Shown in pieces: positions 53,444-61,069 of a stretch of DNA of 64,000 nucleotides; within the stretch, counting starts at the first letter, position 1, and each line of letters opens with the position of its first letter. This DNA is from an uncultured Gemmatimonadaceae bacterium. Lineage in GTDB: Bacteria; Gemmatimonadota; Gemmatimonadetes; Gemmatimonadales; Gemmatimonadaceae. The position numbers and the translations under genes were made by a program. The stretch spans positions 1,280,001 to 1,344,000 of the forward strand of contig CAVUDW010000002.1 of assembly GCA_963740355.1 (NCBI GenBank). Direction: 5' to 3'. The notes beneath the pieces were generated by a model, which saw only the letters and a program-made list of their open reading frames with translations, was not told the DNA's origin and searched no databases.

Positions 53444-54879
53444 GCATTGTCCACTCCCCACGATCCATGCGACCCCTTCTCCTCGCCATGTTTGCCGGCA
53501 GCCTCACGATCACGGCCTGCAAGGCCGCCGACACCGCGTCCGGCAAGCGCGCCGACGCGACAGCCAGTGCGACAGCGGTGGTCGAACCTGGCATCCACCC
53601 CGCATGGTCGAAGAACGCGGTGATCTATGAGGTGAACATCCGGCAGTACACGCCGGAGGGGACGTTCGCCGCTTTTGCGAAGGAGCTGCCGCGCCTCAAG
53701 CAGCTCGGTGTCGACATCCTCTGGATCATGCCGGTGCAGCCGATCGGCAAGCTGAATCGCAAGGGTACGCTCGGCAGCTATTACTCGATTGCCGACTACA
53801 CCGGCGTGAATCCCGAATTCGGCAACGCGGCCGACTTCAAGGCGATGGTCGATGCCGCGCATGCGCAGGGCCTGAAGGTGATCCTCGATTGGGTCGCGAA
53901 CCACACGGCTTTCGATCACCGGTGGACGAAGGAGCACAAGGACTGGTACACGCTGCACCCGGACGGCACCATCTCACGCGCCATCGATCAGGATGGCAAG
54001 GAGACCGACTGGAGCGATGTGGCAGACCTGAACTACAACAGTAAGCCGATGCGCGCGCAGATGATCAGCGACATGCGCTACTGGGTCGATTCAACGGGCA
54101 TCGACGGCTTCCGGTGCGACGTCGCGGGCTTCGTCCCGTATGACTTCTGGGCCGACGTTCGGACCGCGTTGAAGACCTCGAAGCCAGACCTCTTCTTCCT
54201 CGCCGAGTGGGAAGATCCGGCGCTGCATACATCGTTCGATGCGACGTACGGCTGGGGGCTGTTTCACGTCATGAACGACGTGGCATCGGGCAAGAAGACG
54301 ACGGCTGAGCTGGACAAGTACTTCGCGGAGTTCGAGTCGAAGTTCCCTGCCGGTGCGTACCGCTTGAACTTCACCTCGAACCACGACGAGAACAGCTGGA
54401 ACGGCACGGAGTTCGAGCGTATGGGCGCGAACGCGCAGGCGGCGTGGGTCCTCAGCGCGACCACACAGAATTCCTTCCCGCTGCTCTACTCGGGACAGGA
54501 AGCGAGCTTCAACCGTCGCCTCGCGTTTTTCGAGAAGGACTCGATCGACTGGAAGAAGGGGCCGTCACTGGAGTCGTTCTACCGCACGATGTTCGAGCTC
54601 CGGCATTCGCAGGACGTGCTCTGGAACGGCCCGTGGGGCGCAGTGCAAACGAGGCTCCAGACTGACGGTGGCGATCGTGTGTATGCCTTCTCTCGCGACC
54701 GCGGCGACAAGGCCGTGGTGATCGTGACGAACTTCGGCGACAAGCCGGCCACCGTGAGGTACTCCGCGCTCAAGACGCCTGGTACCTACACCGATTGGTT
54801 CACGAAAACGCCGCTCACCCTCACCGCCGCCGGCGCCATCGACGTCCCCGCGCACGGGTATCGAGTTCTGGTCAAGTAG
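53440..54879 (+). CDS. GH13 alpha-amylase family lipoprotein
   Basis: IYEVNIRQYT, DWVANHT, catalytic DGFRCDVAG / LAEW / NHDE. Lipobox ITAC. Confidence 0.93.
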   Translation: MSIVHSPRSMRPLLLAMFAGSLTITACKAADTASGKRADATASATAVVEPGIHPAWSKNAVIYEVNIRQYTPEGTFAAFAKELPRLKQLGVDILWIMPVQPIGKLNRKGTLGSYYSIADYTGVNPEFGNAADFKAMVDAAHAQGLKVILDWVANHTAFDHRWTKEHKDWYTLHPDGTISRAIDQDGKETDWSDVADLNYNSKPMRAQMISDMRYWVDSTGIDGFRCDVAGFVPYDFWADVRTALKTSKPDLFFLAEWEDPALHTSFDATYGWGLFHVMNDVASGKKTTAELDKYFAEFESKFPAGAYRLNFTSNHDENSWNGTEFERMGANAQAAWVLSATTQNSFPLLYSGQEASFNRRLAFFEKDSIDWKKGPSLESFYRTMFELRHSQDVLWNGPWGAVQTRLQTDGGDRVYAFSRDRGDKAVVIVTNFGDKPATVRYSALKTPGTYTDWFTKTPLTLTAAGAIDVPAHGYRVLVK

Positions 54880-54911
54880 CTGGTCGTCGCGGTTGGGCGA
54901 CTTGCTGTCAT

Positions 54912-55559
54912 TCAGCCCCGCAGCGAGATCTCGTAGTCCTTGTCGAGCAGGATGTCCGCGACGTCACCTTGTGGCGCGATCAGGCGATGCTCGATGTCGA
55001 GCACCTGGTCGACGAACGGATCCATGATGTCGCGGTTGCGCGCCTTGCGGCGGCCCTCGGTGTCCTTCCATGTGGCTTGCAGGAAGACGGCGATGTCCGA
55101 CGCGTCGAGCAGGATGGCGTACGTGCCTTCGACCACCAGCACATCGATGTTGGTGAAGTCCAGTGTCTGCGTGTCGAATCGATTCTCGGGATAGTTCACC
55201 ACTGGCGCCGAGACCACCGCGCCGGCGCGGAAGGCACGAATGTGCTCGCGGATCAGGTCCATCTGGACTTCCTGCGGGCCCACGCTGCCAAGGTCTGTGA
55301 GGCGGTGCTCGTGGTTCGTGCGTGGTGGGCGCACGAAGTAGTTGTCCTGATGGATGATCGCCGAGCGGATCCCCGCGGCATTCATCACCGTCGCGAGGTC
55401 GATCGCGGTGACAGACTTTCCGCTCCCCGATTCTCCGGCCACGGCAATCACTGTCCGCGTCTCGCGGGGCAGCCCGAAATCGCTGTTGAGCAGCGCCAGC
55501 AGCTGTTCGGCGCGCTCCTGATACGCTGAAGCGGGGCGTGATCGATTGACGTCACTCAT
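54912..55559 (-). CDS. Uridine-kinase/phosphoribulokinase-like P-loop kinase
   Basis: VIAVAGESGSGKS, IHQDNYF, VLVVEGTY, R..RNRD. Confidence 0.82.
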   Translation of the reverse strand: MSDVNRSRPASAYQERAEQLLALLNSDFGLPRETRTVIAVAGESGSGKSVTAIDLATVMNAAGIRSAIIHQDNYFVRPPRTNHEHRLTDLGSVGPQEVQMDLIREHIRAFRAGAVVSAPVVNYPENRFDTQTLDFTNIDVLVVEGTYAILLDASDIAVFLQATWKDTEGRRKARNRDIMDPFVDQVLDIEHRLIAPQGDVADILLDKDYEISLRG

Positions 55560-55569
55560 GCGCGATCAC

Positions 55570-56748
55570 TCATGCGGCGAACAGCGCGCGCGTGTCTTCG
55601 CGCGACGCATGCTCGAGGAAGACGAGCCCCGAGGCGGAATAGGCCATGTTCGGTGTGCCAAGTGATTCCCCGGTGGCGCCATGGAAATACTCCTCGAAGC
55701 CGTACGACGGTGTCGCCGTCAGTCGTGCCGCGGTCAGTTCGCGCAGTGTGTCGAGGGCCGCCGTGCGACCGGTGTGCCCCAACGCCAGCGCCAGCCAACC
55801 GAGCCAGATCGGCCAGATGCCGCCATTGTGATACTCGAACGGCCGATTGCGGAATCCATGCAGGTGGTATCGACTCAGCGCCGCCCACTCGGGGTGGCCT
55901 TCATCGATCACCGGGTGAAATGCCGGCGGCAGCGCCTTGGCGTCGAGGAACGTCGCGACGATCCAGTCGAGCGCTGACGCACTCATCGTCGGCGCAATGT
56001 CCGACAGCGCGAGCAGGCTGCAAGCCGCCAGGTCAAAAATGTCGCGGGCACCGACTGGCGAGAACGACGCCAGGGGATGGCAGGGCGTGGTGCGCACCTC
56101 AGGCCAGAAGCTGGCGTCGATCCGCGCCGCGATCCAGGTCGCCTTGTCCACCCATGCATGCTCCTCGTACGTCACGCCGAGGAGCTTGAGCGCCCAGGCG
56201 CGCAACACCTGATCGTAAAGGATGTAGCCGTCATAGATGTACTCGTCCGCCCAGTTGCCGCCGGTCGGGATGTAGATCAGGTGGCGGCCATTGTATTCCA
56301 ACGCATCGAGCACACGCACGGTGGCGCGCACCGACTCCTCGAAGTCGTCGGGATTGATCACCCCGCGCCGTGCTGCCAGCGCGACGCCGACGAGGTACCA
56401 GGTGGCGCCATCGATGCGTGGCGCGAGGGACCCAAAGCTGACCAGCGGCGGCTGCCCGTCGCGGAGCTCGAAATTGGACGCAATCTGGCCCTGCGCGCCC
56501 TGCGTGTCGCGCAGTCCCTCGAGCGTACGCTCGAGCCCTGTGGTGATCTGCGGGTCGTGCAGCAACAGCCCTGCCACGCCCGCCATCACGCCGTCACGCG
56601 AGAAAATGGCGCGATAGTTCGCCGTACTGGCCTGCGAGGCGTGAATGCCCTGTGGGCCACTCAGGGAGCGCAGCAGCGCAATGGCCGCAGTCAGATGGGG
56701 AACGGGCAGGGGACGTGCCTCGGTGCGTGTTGAGCGGGTGCTGGACAC
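55570..56748 (-). CDS. Cytoplasmic (alpha/alpha)6 glycoside hydrolase, GH100 (alkaline invertase)-like
   Basis: NYRAIFSRDG, Q...GQI.SN, DGATWY, NWADEY, YHNGGIWP, FEEYFHG.TG, MAYSASG. No signal peptide. Confidence 0.78.
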   Translation of the reverse strand: MSSTRSTRTEARPLPVPHLTAAIALLRSLSGPQGIHASQASTANYRAIFSRDGVMAGVAGLLLHDPQITTGLERTLEGLRDTQGAQGQIASNFELRDGQPPLVSFGSLAPRIDGATWYLVGVALAARRGVINPDDFEESVRATVRVLDALEYNGRHLIYIPTGGNWADEYIYDGYILYDQVLRAWALKLLGVTYEEHAWVDKATWIAARIDASFWPEVRTTPCHPLASFSPVGARDIFDLAACSLLALSDIAPTMSASALDWIVATFLDAKALPPAFHPVIDEGHPEWAALSRYHLHGFRNRPFEYHNGGIWPIWLGWLALALGHTGRTAALDTLRELTAARLTATPSYGFEEYFHGATGESLGTPNMAYSASGLVFLEHASREDTRALFAA

Positions 56749-56940
56749 CAGTGTCTACCACCCGGCGGGCGCTGGGGCAAGCGTCCCGGGCGTGCCCGCC
56801 CACCGGCGCCGCGATCCTCGGTGCAGCGCTGCCGCTGGTCGCGGCGGCGTCCGCTACGTACACTGCCGCGTCACCATCACGGCGGGGCGGGGTGACCGCT
56901 CCGGCCGGCCAGCTTTCTGCACGCGAACGAGGCCATACGG

Positions 56941-58299
56941 ATGTCGATACCGACCGCACCAGCGCGAGCCCGACTCACGTTTGGCCAGATCGTGAACATG
57001 AACATCGGGTTCTTCGGAATCCAGTACAGCTTCGGGCTGCAGCAAGGCAACATGAGCCCGATTTATCGCTATCTCGGCGCCGATGAAGCGAGCCTGCCGC
57101 TCCTCTGGCTGGCGGGCCCGATGACGGGATTGCTGGTGCAACCGATCATCGGCGCGATGAGCGACAAAACGCTCAGCCCGCGCGGACGCCGGACGCCCTA
57201 CTTCCTGATCGGCGCGGTGCTCTGCAGCCTGGCGCTGTTTGCAATGCCGTTCAGTGCCGCCCTCTGGATGGCAGCCGGCCTGCTCTGGGTGCTCGATGCC
57301 GCCAACAACATCACGATGGAGCCGTACCGCGCCTTCGTCAGTGACCGCCTCGATCCGAGCCAGCACTCGATCGGCTTCCTGACGCAGAGCGCATTCACCG
57401 GGCTTGGCCAGACGCTCTCCTACCTCACGCCGTCCATCCTCGTCGTCCTCGGCATGAACAGCGACACGGTCAACGGTCGCGGGATTCCCTACGTCACGAT
57501 GGGAGCCTTCCTCATCGGGGCGATCTTCTCGATCAGTTCCATTCTCTGGACCGTGCGTACCACACCGGAGTTGCCGCTCAGTGCCGCCGAGATTGCGCGT
57601 ATCAAGGCCCTGCCACGCGGATTCGGCGCTGCCATCAGCGAAGTGGTCGAGGCCATGAAGGACATGCCGGCTACCATGAAGCAGCTGGCCGTGATGAAGC
57701 TCTTCCAGTGGTACGCCATGTTCTGCTACTGGCAATACATCGTCCTCTCGCTCGCGGTCACGCTCTTCAACACACGCGACGCGAATTCACACGGCTTTCG
57801 CGAGGCCGGCCTGGTGAACGGCCAGATCGGCGGCTTCTACAACTTCATGGCCTTCGTTGGTGCGTTCGCGATGGTGCCGTTCACCAAGCGCTTCGGCCCC
57901 AAGATCATGCATGCCTTCTGCCTCACGCTGGCTGGATTCGCGATGATCTCGATCCCGATGATCACCGACCGTGCGCTGCTGTTCATTCCCATGATCGGGG
58001 TCGGGCTGGCCTGGGCCAGCATCATGGGGAATCCGTACGTCATGCTGGCAGGGAGCATTCCGCCGGAACGGGTCGGCGTCTACATGGGTATCTTCAACAT
58101 GTTCATCGTGATTCCCATGATGATCCAGATCTTTACGCTGCCGCTCTATTACAACTCGCTGCTCGGCGGCAATCCAGCCAACGTGATCCGCCTCGCCGGC
58201 GCACTGCTGCTCTGCGCGGCCGTGGCGGTGATGTTCGTGAAGACGGTGAAGCGCGGTGCACTGGACGACGTCGTGCTTCCAATGACGGGTGGACATTGA
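56941..58299 (+). CDS. MFS sugar transporter (maltose/sucrose GPH/SLC45-like)
   Basis: GFFGIQYSFGLQ, LAGPMTGLLVQPIIGAMSD, GRRTPY, MEPYRA, GVYMGIFNMFIVIP; about 12 TM segments. Confidence 0.92.
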   Translation: MSIPTAPARARLTFGQIVNMNIGFFGIQYSFGLQQGNMSPIYRYLGADEASLPLLWLAGPMTGLLVQPIIGAMSDKTLSPRGRRTPYFLIGAVLCSLALFAMPFSAALWMAAGLLWVLDAANNITMEPYRAFVSDRLDPSQHSIGFLTQSAFTGLGQTLSYLTPSILVVLGMNSDTVNGRGIPYVTMGAFLIGAIFSISSILWTVRTTPELPLSAAEIARIKALPRGFGAAISEVVEAMKDMPATMKQLAVMKLFQWYAMFCYWQYIVLSLAVTLFNTRDANSHGFREAGLVNGQIGGFYNFMAFVGAFAMVPFTKRFGPKIMHAFCLTLAGFAMISIPMITDRALLFIPMIGVGLAWASIMGNPYVMLAGSIPPERVGVYMGIFNMFIVIPMMIQIFTLPLYYNSLLGGNPANVIRLAGALLLCAAVAVMFVKTVKRGALDDVVLPMTGGH

Positions 58300-59927
58300 A
58301 TACGCGCCTCGGGGTAGTCATCATGGGTCTTGCAAGTGCGCTGGTCCTTCCCGCCTGCAAGACCGTGACACAGACGACATTCATCGTCGCCAAGAGTCCG
58401 GTCCCGGTGCTCGGCTATGACCCAGCGCGCGATCTCGGCCCGCTGTTTCACGACGTGCAGATGGCCCGCCTCTTCGCCGACTCGAAGACCTTCGTCGATG
58501 CTCGCCCGCTGGAGGCGCCCGCCGCCCTCGCCACGCGGTACCTGGCCGAGAAGAGTGTCGCTGGCTTCGACCTCAAGACCTTCGTCACGCGCTGGTTCAC
58601 ACAGCCGATGCCCGCCGCCACCGTGCCGGGCAGCGCCTCGACGACCGGCATGGAGCAGCACATCCGTGACCTCTGGCCGCTCCTGACTCGCGCAGCCGAT
58701 TCGACCGATGCCCGCTCCTCGCTGCTCCCGCTCCCCAAGCCGTACGTAGTGCCTGGCGGTCGCTTCCGCGAGGTCTATTACTGGGATTCGTACTTCACGA
58801 TGCTGGGCCTGGTGGAGAGCAAGCGCACCGACCTCGTCGCGAGCATGCTCGACAACTTCGCGCACCTCATTCGGACGGTCGGTCACATCCCGAATGGCAA
58901 CCGCACGTACTATCTGAGTCGCAGCCAGCCGCCCTACTTCTCGGCCATGGTCGGCCTGTACGCCACTGCGACCGACACCGCGTCCGCGATGCCGTACCTG
59001 GATGCGATGGAAACGGAGTATGCCTTCTGGATGGATGGCGCCGAGAAGCTCACGCCAGGCACGGCGAACCGCCGCGTGGTGAAGATGCGTGACGGCGCCT
59101 TGCTCAATCGGTACTGGGATGATCGCCCCGAGCCGCGCCCGGAGTCGTACCGCGAAGACTACGAACTCGGTATCTCGCTGCCGGAAGCGAAGCGTGAAGC
59201 GCTCTACCGGAATATTCGCGCCGCAGCCGAGAGTGGCTGGGACTTCTCCAGCCGCTGGATGCGCGATACGACGGATCTGCGGACGCTGGAGACCACCGAT
59301 CTCGCGCCGATCGATCTCAACAGCCTGATGTACCATGCGGAACGCACCATCGCCGCGTTGCATCGCTATCGGAAGGCGGCCGGTGATTCCGCCGCTGCGG
59401 TGAAGTTCGAGGCAGCGGCCGAAGCGCGGAAGGCCGCGCTCCTGGCTGCCGCGTGGGATGTGAAGAGCGGCTTCTTTTACGATGTGCGTTGGCGCAATGG
59501 CGAACGGGTCACCGATCGCCCGACACTCGCTGCCGCCGCGCCGCTGTACTTCGGCCTCGCCACCGCCGATCAGGCACGCGGTGTCACGGCACGACTCGAG
59601 CGCGACTTCATGCGGCCCGGTGGCTTCGTCACGACGACGATCCGCTCAGGACAGCAGTGGGATGCACCCAACGGCTGGCCGCCACTGCAGTGGGTCACGA
59701 TGGAAGGAGTGCGCCGGTATGGTCGTGCCGACATCGCCGACATGGCGCGTGACCGATGGTTGACACTCAACCGTCGCACCTATGCAGCCGTCGGCAAGAT
59801 GACGGAGAAGTACGATGTGCTCGACCTCACGCGACCGGCCGGTGGTGGTGAGTACCCGACGCAGGATGGCTTCGGCTGGACGAATGGTGTCGCGCTGGCG
59901 CTGGCGGCGATGGGCGCCGTGCGATGA
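58296..59927 (+). CDS. treA: Alpha,alpha-trehalase, GH37 (probable lipoprotein)
   Basis: DSKTFVD, PGGRFREVYYWDSY, PNGNRTYYLSRSQPP, PRPESY, AAESGWDFSSRW, QWDAPNGWPPLQ, GFGWTNG. TTG start overlaps the MFS stop; lipobox LPAC. Confidence 0.93.
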   Translation: MNTRLGVVIMGLASALVLPACKTVTQTTFIVAKSPVPVLGYDPARDLGPLFHDVQMARLFADSKTFVDARPLEAPAALATRYLAEKSVAGFDLKTFVTRWFTQPMPAATVPGSASTTGMEQHIRDLWPLLTRAADSTDARSSLLPLPKPYVVPGGRFREVYYWDSYFTMLGLVESKRTDLVASMLDNFAHLIRTVGHIPNGNRTYYLSRSQPPYFSAMVGLYATATDTASAMPYLDAMETEYAFWMDGAEKLTPGTANRRVVKMRDGALLNRYWDDRPEPRPESYREDYELGISLPEAKREALYRNIRAAAESGWDFSSRWMRDTTDLRTLETTDLAPIDLNSLMYHAERTIAALHRYRKAAGDSAAAVKFEAAAEARKAALLAAAWDVKSGFFYDVRWRNGERVTDRPTLAAAAPLYFGLATADQARGVTARLERDFMRPGGFVTTTIRSGQQWDAPNGWPPLQWVTMEGVRRYGRADIADMARDRWLTLNRRTYAAVGKMTEKYDVLDLTRPAGGGEYPTQDGFGWTNGVALALAAMGAVR

Positions 59928-61066
59928 AGTCGCTGTTCTGGCTTGGCGTGCTTGGGCTGGCGGTGCTGGAGATTGCGCTCGTGTATTTCATCATGCCCAT
60001 GCCTGGCAGTCAGCGCATGCGCAGCATCGAGCTGGCGTACACGCTCTACAGCTGGCGCTGGGCCGGGCGGGCACTGTTCGGTGTGATGATCGCGGCGGGA
60101 CTGCTGCCAGCATGGCGAAGCGTTGGGCGCACACGATACCTCGTCCCCGTCGCCCTGCTGGCCGTCGGCGCAATTGCGTACGCCTTCAATTTCCAGATGG
60201 CGGCCGATCACATGTTCCTGCAGCCACGCACACTGCGCATGGCGTCGGCATCCGTGAACACGGTCGCGGCTGATCGTCTCGTCGTCGGCTTCGAACTGAA
60301 TGGGCAGGCGCGCGCGTATCCGCTGCAATTCATCGGGTATCACCATCAGGTGCGCGACACGGTGGCGGGTGAGGAGATCCTCGTCAGCTACTGCACGGTG
60401 TGTCGCACCGGTCGGATTTTTCGGCCGACGGTGAACGGGCAACTGGAGACATTCCGGTTGGTCGGCATGGACCACTTCAACGCGATGTTCGAGGATGCCA
60501 CCACCAGGAGTTGGTGGCGCCAGGCCAATGGTGAAGCCGTGATCGGGCCGCTCAAGGGCACGGCGATGCCGGAGCTGCCCAGCGTCCAGGTGTCGCTCGG
60601 ACAGTGGATGAAGCTGCACCCGCAGAGCCTCGTGATGCAGGCCGATCCGGCGTTCACCAGTGAGTACGCCAAGGACTATGCGTACGAAAAGGGCACGAAG
60701 ACCGGCGGTCTCACAGGCACCGACACCGTGTCGTGGAATGACAAGGCGTGGGTGGTCGGTGTGGCGATGAAGGGAGCTGCCAAGGCGTACGACTGGAAGC
60801 AGCTGCGCCGTGAGCGAGTGATCAACGACACGGTCGGTGGCGTGCCGATCGTGATCGCGCTTGGGCCGGACAGTGTGAGCTTCTTCGCCTTCCAGCGCCC
60901 CGACACTGCCACGCGATTCGCGCTGCGTGGCGATTCGCTGGTGGCACCGGTGGGAAGCTTCGCGCTCAACGGGCGCGGTGCCTCCGGCGCCTTGACTGCC
61001 ATCAACGCCAGCCAGGAATTCTGGCACAGCTGGCGCACGTTCCAGCCGGCGACCACGCGTTACTAG
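59924..61066 (+). CDS. DUF3179 family protein with N-terminal TM helices and a CxxC motif
   Basis: ARAYPL..I.YH..V.D, VSYCTVCRTG, D..T.S.W.Q..G.A..GPLKG, FWHSW..F.P.T. ATGA overlap with the trehalase. Confidence 0.82.
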   Translation: MKSLFWLGVLGLAVLEIALVYFIMPMPGSQRMRSIELAYTLYSWRWAGRALFGVMIAAGLLPAWRSVGRTRYLVPVALLAVGAIAYAFNFQMAADHMFLQPRTLRMASASVNTVAADRLVVGFELNGQARAYPLQFIGYHHQVRDTVAGEEILVSYCTVCRTGRIFRPTVNGQLETFRLVGMDHFNAMFEDATTRSWWRQANGEAVIGPLKGTAMPELPSVQVSLGQWMKLHPQSLVMQADPAFTSEYAKDYAYEKGTKTGGLTGTDTVSWNDKAWVVGVAMKGAAKAYDWKQLRRERVINDTVGGVPIVIALGPDSVSFFAFQRPDTATRFALRGDSLVAPVGSFALNGRGASGALTAINASQEFWHSWRTFQPATTRY

Positions 61067-61069
61067 TCA

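Noticed and set aside
57708..58295. Apparent 196-aa N-terminal extension of the trehalase overlapping the MFS gene
   Set aside because: Out-of-frame read-through of the MFS coding region. The lipoprotein signal begins at TTG 58296.
60388..60410. Selenocysteine in the DUF3179 CxxC motif
   Set aside because: Both residues are ordinary TGC/TGT codons; there is no in-frame TGA.
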